NCBI GenBank assembly: GCA_033762115.1
Contig: JANRLX010000027.1
Coordinates: 21,129 to 85,128 of the forward strand
DNA: 64,000 bases
Source: Verrucomicrobiota bacterium
Lineage (GTDB): Bacteria > Verrucomicrobiota > Verrucomicrobiia > Limisphaerales > SXQI01
Reading direction: 5' to 3'
Shown here: piece after piece, positions 48,501-57,222 of the stretch
Position numbering within the stretch: the first letter of the stretch is position 1
Layout of the letters: each line of letters starts with the position of its first letter
Translations under genes and position numbers: made by a program
Notes under the pieces: model-generated
Database searches by the model: none
What the model was told of the DNA's origin: nothing
Seen by the model: the letters and a program-made list of their open reading frames with translations, nothing else

Positions 48501-50921
48501 ATGAGTTCGTTAAAGCAACTCTTCGGAATATCGGTTTTCGCCGTCGCGCTCGCCGTCCACTCTGGCTCCCAGGCTCAACCCCTCCCGGATATCGGAATCA
48601 CCCGGACAAATGGAAATGCTTCCATTCGATTGCCTCTTTACCCTGCGGCAGAACAGTTTCGCGTTTTTAAAAGCCAGAATCTCGAAGGGCCTTATGAAGA
48701 AGTGCTCACAGGGAATATTACCGGGTTTAACTGGCAGGAAATCATCTCCGGCCAAAGCAACGCCTTCTTCAAAGTCGAAATCAACACTCTCTCCTCAAAC
48801 GATCTGCTCTCTGCCACAGTTCTCAATCGGCTGGCTTATGGCCCCACTCCTGATGAATTGGAAAGAGTCAGGGCGATGGGTGCCGAGGCGTATATTGCCG
48901 AGCAACTGGCCCCTGAAAATATCCAGGAAACCTTGGATTTCGATCAACCAGTTACCGCTGCCGAATGGCGTTACGTCACCATCACAGGGACCGCCACCTC
49001 AAGAGATTTTTATATTTACCTGACCCAGCCCGGTGACGTGTACCTCGATGACATGAAACTGGTTGCGGGAATAGTGCCGGAAGTCGGCGCGAATCTTCTT
49101 GTCAATGGCGATTTTGAATCTGCTCTTACCCCTCCCTGGACCGTCTCTGCAAACCATGCTGCCACAGTCATTACATCAGCGCAGGTTCATTCCGGGAGCG
49201 GCGCGCTCCACCTCATTGCAGATGACGGTGGCACATCCAAATCTTCTTCCGTCTGGCAAACCATCAGCAACGTTACCGTCGGCCAGACCTATACTTTAAG
49301 TTACTGGTTCCGTCCCGGCACCAACCTGATCACCAGCCTCACAATCCGCTTCTCCAATGACGGCTTGCGCCATAATCCTGATTCGATTGCGACCAAACTT
49401 GCCAGCGGTCTGGCCGATCTCGATGACCTGCGCGCCTGGCATGTCCTGCGCGCCATCAAATCAAAGCGCCAGTTGCTCGAAATCCTCCTGCAATTTCTTG
49501 AAAACCACTTCGTCACCCAGGCATCAAAATCGAAGGAATATTTTGATGGCATTTACAGTGATGACATTTTGATCGAGGGATTGGCAACAGAGATGGAATA
49601 TCGGGAAAACAAAAACTGGCGCGCCGCCTTGTTGCGGCCCGATTGCAGCTTCCATGACCTTTTGAAAATCAGCGCGGAAAGCCCCGCCATGATCATTTAC
49701 CTCGATACCGTCGGAAGCAAGGGCAACGGAAAAAATGTCGCCAACGAAAATTACGCTCGCGAATTACTCGAACTCTTCACCTTCGGGGTTGATAACGGTT
49801 ATCAGCAGAATGATATCACTGTCCTGTCTCGTGCCTGGACTGGCTGGTCTGTAAATATTGTGGACAGTAACCAGTTCCACAATCCATTCGCTCCCCGCAG
49901 CGTTACAGTCATTCCCGGTTCACCCACAAACACCATGCAGTACCTCCAGGGAATCTGGGCCTTCAACTACAAAACCGGCAATCACAATACGAATTCCAAA
50001 ACCATCTTTCCAGGCGCAACCGTCCCGGCTCGTTTTGGTCCCCCCTACGCCGGGCGCAATTACCAACTGGTCCTTCCCCAGCGAAATGGCACCAATGGCA
50101 TCAAGGACGGGTACGAAGTCCTCGCTCATCTTGCCGACCAGCCCTTCACCCAGGAATACATCAGCGTCAAACTTTGCCAACTCTTTGTGCATGAACATTT
50201 CGAGCACGGCTACGATTTCACTGACCCAAACCTTTCTGAAGAAGGCAAACTCGTTCGCGCCTGCATGGCAACCTGGGAAAGCACCACTCCGAAAGGGCAA
50301 ATTCGTCCAATACTTCAAACGATTTTCAATTCGGAGATGTTCCGCGGCCTGGGAAGTGCCTCCCATAAGGTCAAAACCCCCCTCGAATTCACCGTCAGCG
50401 CGGTTCGCGCCCTTTGGTCGCCAACTCCGTTCCCCACTGCCTACTCCGATGGCTATTCGCACAAGAACCCGCTTGATCTGATGGGAGCCATGAAGCTCTT
50501 TGATCGCGCCGAGCCCGATGGTTACCCGGAATCAGCCCCCGGCTGGATCAGCGCTGGAACATTGGCTGAGCGCGTTCGTTTCGTGCAGGCAATGCTCATT
50601 GCCCCCGGTCAAAGCGGGCGGGGCGATGCCGGGCAGATCACAGCTGACCCTGTCGCTTTATTAAAGCGAAAGTTGGACCCGGCGGATTATAACAATGCGG
50701 GAAAAATCGCTGATTATTTTCTCTCCATTCTCTTTCCTGGTGAAGGCAAGGCAAACCTCAAGCTCTATCACGAGGCTTGCGTCAGTTTCCTTAATACCGG
50801 CGACAATGGCATCGTCAGTTCTCCAATCAGCCTTTTGGCCCACACCAGCATTCCTTACGACACCCGTGTTCGCGGGATGGTGGCCATGTTGATGAGTTCA
50901 CAACGTTTTCAGGAGCAATAA
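48501..50921 (+). CDS. DUF1800 protein with N-terminal beta-sandwich and an inserted CBM-like jelly-roll
   Basis: The start was moved to ATG 48501 (MSSLKQLFGISVFAVALAVHSGSQA signal). The DUF1800 core is LNRLAYGPTPDELE ... ENHFVTQ ... NENYARELLELFTFGV. Confidence 0.8.
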   Translation: MSSLKQLFGISVFAVALAVHSGSQAQPLPDIGITRTNGNASIRLPLYPAAEQFRVFKSQNLEGPYEEVLTGNITGFNWQEIISGQSNAFFKVEINTLSSNDLLSATVLNRLAYGPTPDELERVRAMGAEAYIAEQLAPENIQETLDFDQPVTAAEWRYVTITGTATSRDFYIYLTQPGDVYLDDMKLVAGIVPEVGANLLVNGDFESALTPPWTVSANHAATVITSAQVHSGSGALHLIADDGGTSKSSSVWQTISNVTVGQTYTLSYWFRPGTNLITSLTIRFSNDGLRHNPDSIATKLASGLADLDDLRAWHVLRAIKSKRQLLEILLQFLENHFVTQASKSKEYFDGIYSDDILIEGLATEMEYRENKNWRAALLRPDCSFHDLLKISAESPAMIIYLDTVGSKGNGKNVANENYARELLELFTFGVDNGYQQNDITVLSRAWTGWSVNIVDSNQFHNPFAPRSVTVIPGSPTNTMQYLQGIWAFNYKTGNHNTNSKTIFPGATVPARFGPPYAGRNYQLVLPQRNGTNGIKDGYEVLAHLADQPFTQEYISVKLCQLFVHEHFEHGYDFTDPNLSEEGKLVRACMATWESTTPKGQIRPILQTIFNSEMFRGLGSASHKVKTPLEFTVSAVRALWSPTPFPTAYSDGYSHKNPLDLMGAMKLFDRAEPDGYPESAPGWISAGTLAERVRFVQAMLIAPGQSGRGDAGQITADPVALLKRKLDPADYNNAGKIADYFLSILFPGEGKANLKLYHEACVSFLNTGDNGIVSSPISLLAHTSIPYDTRVRGMVAMLMSSQRFQEQ

Positions 50922-50922
50922 A

Positions 50923-52518
50923 ATGAAACACTTCCACTTGGTTACACGTCGTCAGTTTCTGGATCGAGCCATGAAAACCGGCGCCGCTGCGGCGCTGGCC
51001 AGCCTCACCAACATCCCCCTGGTCATGAAACAGGCGCTCGCGGCTGAGAGCAGCCTCGGCACCAACGGCAAAAAGCTGCTCTTTATTTTCCTGCGCGGGG
51101 CCAATGACGGGCTGAATTCTGTAATCCCAATTGGCGATGATGGCTACAGCCTGGAGCATCGCCCGGACATCCTGATCCCTCGCGATCCCGGAACTGATTA
51201 TACCATCCTGGGTGGCTGCGATTATCCTTCTGTTGCAACACCTGATGCTCCAACGTTCGGTTACGCTTCCGCCATCCGCCTCGGCAATGGATTTTCTGCT
51301 CTCCATCCCTCCTTGAAATTTCTGGCCCCTGTTTACAACGCAGGCGATCTGGCCATGATCCATCGTGTCGGCTATCCCAAACAAAGCCGTTCCCATTTCG
51401 ATTCACAGGTTTATTGGGAAACCGGGCATCCCAACAATCCATCCAAGGAAGGGATTTTTTACCGCACCATCATGGAATCCGGCCTCGCCCACACGCTTCC
51501 GCTCACAGGCGTTTCCATCCAATCCTCCCTGCCAGTGATTTTGCGCGGATCGGACGCGGCCATGACCAACCTGAAAGATCCCAATCGATACGATCTGCTC
51601 GGCATTCCCAACAATACCAACGGCAACAGCAAAGCGGATTTTCATCTGCGCAATGCCAATGAATTTCCTTTCCCTTCAAGACTCAATCGGGACCTCCTTA
51701 AGCTGCAATACAATAATCTCTCCCAGACTCTCTCGATTTTCGATGCGATGGATTTCTCTGAAACGGGCAACATTTTCACCGACGATGTGAACACTGATGG
51801 AGATACTGTTCCCTACCATCTTTTTCCAACGACCAACAGCAAGAACGGCGGATACCAGGCACACAACAACGATCCATTGAAATACGTCGTGAATCCCAAC
51901 TCCTACAGCTTTTTCCGCGACCTCAAAGCCGCTGCAATGGTTCTCAACAACACGGATGCCATGATTGCCGGCACCCGTCTCGATGGGTTCGACACCCACA
52001 GCAACCAGGGCGGTGTCACAGGTGCCCACGCCAACTTGCAACGTTCCATCGGCTGGGCCATCTACGCCCTCAGAAAATATTTCACCAAATACGCGCAGCG
52101 TGTGAACTGGAACAACCTGGTGGTGGTCACTCTCTCCGAATTCGGACGCACCACCATTCAGAATTCTGATGCAGGAACAGATCACGCGGAAGCCAATGTC
52201 ATGTTTGTCGCTGGCGGGGGAGTCAAAGGCTACAACAAGGGCAATCCATCCGGCGTTTTTGCCGGTCACCCGAACGATTCCATCCCCTGGGTTACCGGAA
52301 GAACCGGTTCCATGTTCGGCGTCAGCACTCGTTATCTAAAACGTTCTGTGGATTACCGCTCCGTTCTCGGAAAATTGATTCGCGATCATTTGGGCGCTTC
52401 GCAAGAGCAGTTGAACCGGATCATCCCCGGCTATGCCACCGCCAGCAAACGATTGTTAAGCGGTGGTGTTTCAGGCGAAGACGGCACCCAGATCACGGGC
52501 GAACTGCCAATCGTCTAA
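50923..52518 (+). CDS. Tat-signal DUF1501 protein
   Basis: TRRQFLDRAMKTGAAAALA Tat signal. Core motifs are LLFIFLRGANDGLN and SEFGRT...GTDHAEANVMFVAGGGVKG. An AGGAG SD lies inside the end of the DUF1800 gene, 1 nt from its stop. Confidence 0.85.
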   Translation: MKHFHLVTRRQFLDRAMKTGAAAALASLTNIPLVMKQALAAESSLGTNGKKLLFIFLRGANDGLNSVIPIGDDGYSLEHRPDILIPRDPGTDYTILGGCDYPSVATPDAPTFGYASAIRLGNGFSALHPSLKFLAPVYNAGDLAMIHRVGYPKQSRSHFDSQVYWETGHPNNPSKEGIFYRTIMESGLAHTLPLTGVSIQSSLPVILRGSDAAMTNLKDPNRYDLLGIPNNTNGNSKADFHLRNANEFPFPSRLNRDLLKLQYNNLSQTLSIFDAMDFSETGNIFTDDVNTDGDTVPYHLFPTTNSKNGGYQAHNNDPLKYVVNPNSYSFFRDLKAAAMVLNNTDAMIAGTRLDGFDTHSNQGGVTGAHANLQRSIGWAIYALRKYFTKYAQRVNWNNLVVVTLSEFGRTTIQNSDAGTDHAEANVMFVAGGGVKGYNKGNPSGVFAGHPNDSIPWVTGRTGSMFGVSTRYLKRSVDYRSVLGKLIRDHLGASQEQLNRIIPGYATASKRLLSGGVSGEDGTQITGELPIV

Positions 52519-52534
52519 CCAATTGCCGATGCCA

Positions 52535-55500
52535 TTATTTCGCTTCGCTTTTCAACGAGGAGAGATAAGCGATCAGGTCAGCAAATTCTTCGATGGAAAG
52601 CGCGGCATGCAATCCCTCCGGCATCAGCGAGAAATTGCTGTTCCTGCGCGCCTTGATTGCTGACCTCTGCAATTTGTGTTCACGGCCTGAGCTGTCCCGC
52701 AATGTGACCAGTCCATTGTTCTCCCCTTTGATCACCCCACTGAACTCCTCGTCATCGTTCATTTCCAATGTGATCTGCTGGTAACCTTCACGGACAGTTT
52801 TGCTCGGATAGATAATGGCTTCCGCCAATGCGCGTCGATCAAACTGCGTGCCCGCTCCGCTCAAGTCCGGGCCCACATCACTTCCTTCCCCTCCAACTCG
52901 ATGGCACGCAGCGCAATTGACTCCATTCGCCTCAAAGAACAACGATTTTCCCCGCACGACATCTCCAGGAACTTTAATTGCGGCCTCGAGATACTCCTCC
53001 GCGCTCGGTTGCCTGATCTCCCGGGTGAAAAGCGGACCGGCTTCCGCTGTTTTGTTCCCCGCGTAAATATGGCGTAATTCAGTGATTGCCTGTGGCGAAA
53101 GCGTGGCAGCTCTCGCTTCAGCCGCCTTCAACATCTTCCCGCTGATATTTCGGATTGCCAGGTGCGCGGCATTCCGCTCGGCAGGATTTTTCGAAGAAAT
53201 ACCATCCAGGAGCGCATCACTGGCGCGGGCATCCGGCGTCCTGGCCAGCCCGGCAAAAGCGTCGTTGCGTAACGCTCCATCCGAATAAGCTTTCAATAAG
53301 GCGGGAATGGCCTTGGGGCTTTTCAGGTCACTCAAGCTTTTCACCGCTGCGCGTCTTACTTCCAATTCCCCGTCCTCCAGGGCTTTCTCCAGCAGTGGCA
53401 CGCTGACATCTCCTTGAAGGCGCGAAAGCGTGCTGAGCGCTGCGGCACGAACGGAGCCCTTTGGATGATTTGCCAGCGGTTCAATCGCAGTCGATCCCTC
53501 CTTCACTGAAAGTTTTCCCACTCCCTTGATTGCTGCCACCAGAGATTCGGCATTTTTTTCAGGTCCGGTTAAAAATGCGGATAACGCCTGCGCCGCCTGC
53601 TCACCCCCAATATCTGCGGCTGCCTCGATCGCAGCCATGGTCAATTCAGCATTCGAGGGACGCGATAATTCCATCGTCACCATTCCGAGCGCTTCGCTGT
53701 CCTTCATTGTCCCCAGCGCTCTCAGGATGGTGGCCTTGACTTGTGGGTTGCTTTCCTTCGGATAAATCTCACGCAGGGCAGGGGAGTACCCTCTATCCCC
53801 CGCAACAGCCAATCCTCGAATGCACGCCAGTCGCAACTCCGAATTGGTTTCCGTGAGCCCCGCTTGCAATGTGGCCAGGACCAGCTCTGTGCCGCTCCAT
53901 TTCACAGTCTTTGCAGGTGCCGGTTGCAACGCCGGATGATAAGCCCACCATTCACCTTTCCATTCCGGTTTCTGATGATGTAACGTGGCGATCAACTCCA
54001 CCGCTCGTTGCCGCATTGCCAGGTTTTTTCCTTTGTCCCGGAATACTTTCACCAGGGCTGCCAGTAAATCGCCATCATACGTCTCCCGCACCGCAAAACT
54101 CGTTCCTTCAATGATCCGATCATTGTTGCTTTCCCATCCCTGCAAAATCATTTCCCATGCGGATGGCGACTTTCTGCCTATGCGATTCAACGCAGTAAAC
54201 GCAGCATATCGCGCAAATAAATCCTCCTCCTTCAACGCCGCCACAAGCTCCGGAACTGCCTCAGCTCCACCGATTCTTCCCAATGCGGTTGCTGCCTGGA
54301 ACCGCACCGATGCCTCCTCATCCTTTAGCCGTAACTCCAGCGCACCAACAGCCTCGGTAACCTGTTTCAATCCCAATTGGCGGATCGCCTGCCGCCGAAT
54401 CATCGAATCGCTCTCACGGGTGACTGCAATCATCACAGGCTTGACAGAATCATCCCCCATTTCATGCAACGCCCAGATCGCATGGCTTCTCGCCAATGCA
54501 GGGGCTGACGCATTTTGAACAACTCCAATCAGCAGTTTCCTGGTTTCCATGCCTTTCGATCTGGATAACTCCCGTTGCGCAGCTAATCGAACATTTCGTG
54601 AGGGATGAAACAACCCCTTCACAAAATCTTCCGCCTTCCCTTCAGGCGCTTTCCCCATTGCAGCTGGCAAATACCATTCTGGCTTTGGGCTGCTGTGGTC
54701 TTTTCCTTTCCAGGTCAGCTTTAATAATCGCCCCACGCTGACCTTTGCCTTTTCATCCCGATGCTGCCAGTCACAAATGTAAATGCTTTTTCCATCTGCG
54801 CTCTGGGTGATACCCACGGGCCGAAAATCTCCCGGCGGATTCGGAAACAAATCTTCCTTCAACACCGCCTGATAACTGCCTCCTTCCCGTTTGACCTGCA
54901 CCCGCATCACTTGCCGCTTGCCAAAATCAGACAAAAAAACATTCCCTTCATACTCCGGCGGCAACGCATCCTCATTGTTTGCCAAAGCTCCGCAAGCCGC
55001 CCCCGCTCCATAATCCTCCATCATCCACAAGGTGTACGGACGGCGCGGAATAAAATCGTGCGGATAACCGTAAAATCCCGCTTCCACCATGTGAGTAAAA
55101 CGTCCCATCCATTCATGCTCATCGGTGTTGTCATAAGTGAATTGCTCATCCTCCGCGTTCAGCGCCACATCAAGGATATTTCTCACCCCATGCGACATGA
55201 CTTCAAGTCGGGTTCCATCCGGTCGAATCCGGAAGATGCCGCCCGTCGAAAGTGTCGCCCTTGAGCCATCCCTTCCCTCTGCCCCGTACAACCCCTTGTC
55301 CCCGCATGCCGCATAAAAAAAGCCATCCATCCCCAGCTTGAAATTCGCAGGAATATGGTCGTTCCAGTTCAACGCGGAAGGTTCAGGCAATGTTTGCTCG
55401 ATCAGTTCACGACGGTTTCGGCCAATTCCATTGTCATCCTCAAAAACGCTGAACTTCGGGTTGTGCAGCACGTACAATTTTCCTTCCAGGTATTGCAACC

Positions 55501-55792
55501 CAAAGACCGCATAAAGCTTTTCTGCAAACACCGTTATCCTGCCATCCGGGTGGAGGCACAGGATTCTCCCTTCAGCCGCGCTTGCTTCAGGAAGGCTGAT
55601 ATCCATCGGATCTTCCGCCACGAAAACCCGTCCATCCGGTGCGCACGCCACCACCGACGGATGACGAAGTGTTGGCGCTTCGGCAACCACTTCAACCTGC
55701 CATCCTGCAACCGGTTCCGGGAGAGCGGCAGCTTCTCCCTTGCATGCGATGATCAGGGCTGAAAACAGGAACTGAACAACTGAAAATTTCAT
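52535..55792 (-). CDS. PVC-type dehydrogenase-domain + HEAT + C-terminal c-type heme-binding protein (paralogue 3)
   Basis: 1085 aa with a signal peptide. CAACH is encoded at 52901-52915 on the minus strand, followed by GPDLSG and a SLMPEG tail. Confidence 0.85.
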   Translation of the reverse strand: MKFSVVQFLFSALIIACKGEAAALPEPVAGWQVEVVAEAPTLRHPSVVACAPDGRVFVAEDPMDISLPEASAAEGRILCLHPDGRITVFAEKLYAVFGLQYLEGKLYVLHNPKFSVFEDDNGIGRNRRELIEQTLPEPSALNWNDHIPANFKLGMDGFFYAACGDKGLYGAEGRDGSRATLSTGGIFRIRPDGTRLEVMSHGVRNILDVALNAEDEQFTYDNTDEHEWMGRFTHMVEAGFYGYPHDFIPRRPYTLWMMEDYGAGAACGALANNEDALPPEYEGNVFLSDFGKRQVMRVQVKREGGSYQAVLKEDLFPNPPGDFRPVGITQSADGKSIYICDWQHRDEKAKVSVGRLLKLTWKGKDHSSPKPEWYLPAAMGKAPEGKAEDFVKGLFHPSRNVRLAAQRELSRSKGMETRKLLIGVVQNASAPALARSHAIWALHEMGDDSVKPVMIAVTRESDSMIRRQAIRQLGLKQVTEAVGALELRLKDEEASVRFQAATALGRIGGAEAVPELVAALKEEDLFARYAAFTALNRIGRKSPSAWEMILQGWESNNDRIIEGTSFAVRETYDGDLLAALVKVFRDKGKNLAMRQRAVELIATLHHQKPEWKGEWWAYHPALQPAPAKTVKWSGTELVLATLQAGLTETNSELRLACIRGLAVAGDRGYSPALREIYPKESNPQVKATILRALGTMKDSEALGMVTMELSRPSNAELTMAAIEAAADIGGEQAAQALSAFLTGPEKNAESLVAAIKGVGKLSVKEGSTAIEPLANHPKGSVRAAALSTLSRLQGDVSVPLLEKALEDGELEVRRAAVKSLSDLKSPKAIPALLKAYSDGALRNDAFAGLARTPDARASDALLDGISSKNPAERNAAHLAIRNISGKMLKAAEARAATLSPQAITELRHIYAGNKTAEAGPLFTREIRQPSAEEYLEAAIKVPGDVVRGKSLFFEANGVNCAACHRVGGEGSDVGPDLSGAGTQFDRRALAEAIIYPSKTVREGYQQITLEMNDDEEFSGVIKGENNGLVTLRDSSGREHKLQRSAIKARRNSNFSLMPEGLHAALSIEEFADLIAYLSSLKSEAK

Positions 55793-55796
55793 GGCC

Positions 55797-57218
55797 TCAG
55801 GGCAACTCTTTGATTCGCAGGTTTCGATGCCGGACTATTTTATCATCATTATAATTTTGCAGCCCAATATAACCGCTTGCTGATCTGCCCGAAACATCTG
55901 TCCATGTATTCACCACCACATCATTGATCCGCACGCTGTAATCATGACCTTTGCACACAATTTCGTAACTGTTCCATTCCCCAGTCGGTTTTACCGTCAT
56001 CTTCGATGGCGCACGGAAAGGGTAGATCGCTCCGGTCTTCCACTCCGGCTTTTCAGCTTTCGAATCGCCGATTTCCATTTCATGCCCTTTTTTCACCGCC
56101 ACCCAGGGGTCATTGCCCGGATCGGGAAAACGCAAAAACACCCCTGAGTCCGCTATCTCCTGCTCCTGCAGGAACTCCCCGCGAATAACAAAATTCGTAA
56201 ATTGCTTTCCAGAGTACCACCACAATCCCATGCCTCCTTCGCCACTGGCAACCCCGTTGGAAACTTTGAATTTTCCCGGGCCTGACTGTTTCCATTCCTT
56301 CAAAGCGTCCCCCTCCAGCAACGGTTTGAACCCCTCCTCACTTCCCACAGGCGACACCACATAATCCAGCAACTCTGCCGGTATGGAAAACAGCGGGCGT
56401 ACCTCCGCTTTTCGATAAAACAACTCCGCAGCTTCCGATTGCAGTTGAATCTTGCCATGGGTCAATGCCTTCCAGACACCTCCCTCCTGGTAACGGGGAT
56501 TGAACGCAACCAGGTTGACATGCCCGTTCAGGATATGAATGCAGTTGCCTCCCCAGAACACCACTTCCACCGTGTTCCAGTTGCCGAAAACCTCTTCCAC
56601 ATCAAATGGTGGCGTGATTCCGTTCGCCCCCGTCGCGGTAATTCGGGGAGCCCCTTTTTTCCAGACAATATTCTTCTCTCCTGCGCCTTCCTTCTTGTAC
56701 GGGATGTAAAGTTCGTTCTCGGCTGTAATCCACTCCCCCTCGCAATCAATCCTTGCTCCATTCACGCTCCACCATTGCCCCACCCCTTTTTCCATGATGT
56801 TGTTCTCCACCGAAGTCATCCAGCCAGTCCCTGGATTCGGGGCCCCAATCGCACAGTAGAGTATCCCTGAGTCCCGTCCCACATTCCCTCGCGCCGGCCA
56901 TCGTTTCATTCCCCATTTGAACTGCACCCGAAAATGGAAATTCGTGAAAACCTCATGCGTTGTGATCGCGCCGTAAATCTCTCCGGAGACATGAATCAGG
57001 TTTTCCCCATTCTCGTTGGTAATGCTGAAGACTCCTTTCGGATCAACATTCGGGACAAGTGGTGTCGAACTTCCCGGCGTCGCGAGGAACTTGTCCCAAT
57101 TCGATAAATCCTTCCCGTTGAAGAGCGCCTTCCATCCCGGTTCAGGCGTTGCGATCTCCGGTTCCGCCGCAAAAAGCGTGCTGACCAGCATGGCCAAAAT
57201 TAAAACTCTTGGTTTCAT
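55797..57218 (-). CDS. secreted protein with two tandem DUF1080 (3-keto-disaccharide-hydrolase-like, concanavalin-type) domains
   Basis: Signal peptide present. Domain 1 runs GWKALFNGKDLSNW ... IQLQSEAAELFYRKAEV. Domain 2 runs GFKPLLEGDALKEWKQ ... GYIGLQNYNDDKIVRHRNLRIKEL. Confidence 0.8.
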   Translation of the reverse strand: MKPRVLILAMLVSTLFAAEPEIATPEPGWKALFNGKDLSNWDKFLATPGSSTPLVPNVDPKGVFSITNENGENLIHVSGEIYGAITTHEVFTNFHFRVQFKWGMKRWPARGNVGRDSGILYCAIGAPNPGTGWMTSVENNIMEKGVGQWWSVNGARIDCEGEWITAENELYIPYKKEGAGEKNIVWKKGAPRITATGANGITPPFDVEEVFGNWNTVEVVFWGGNCIHILNGHVNLVAFNPRYQEGGVWKALTHGKIQLQSEAAELFYRKAEVRPLFSIPAELLDYVVSPVGSEEGFKPLLEGDALKEWKQSGPGKFKVSNGVASGEGGMGLWWYSGKQFTNFVIRGEFLQEQEIADSGVFLRFPDPGNDPWVAVKKGHEMEIGDSKAEKPEWKTGAIYPFRAPSKMTVKPTGEWNSYEIVCKGHDYSVRINDVVVNTWTDVSGRSASGYIGLQNYNDDKIVRHRNLRIKELP

Positions 57219-57222
57219 AAAA

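Noticed and set aside
6742-55264. Many other 150-235-aa nested ORFs, for example 6742..7389, 13402..14109, 16714..17232, 19447..19980, 31716..32300, 32519..33157, 37870..38418, 45138..45671, 49858..50481, 50827..51396, 51676..52269, 53985..54518 and 54761..55264
   Set aside because: All overlap confidently assigned genes on the other strand or in another frame, and they show no motifs. I treat them as statistical shadow ORFs, not overlapping genes. Ribosome profiling would be needed to argue otherwise.
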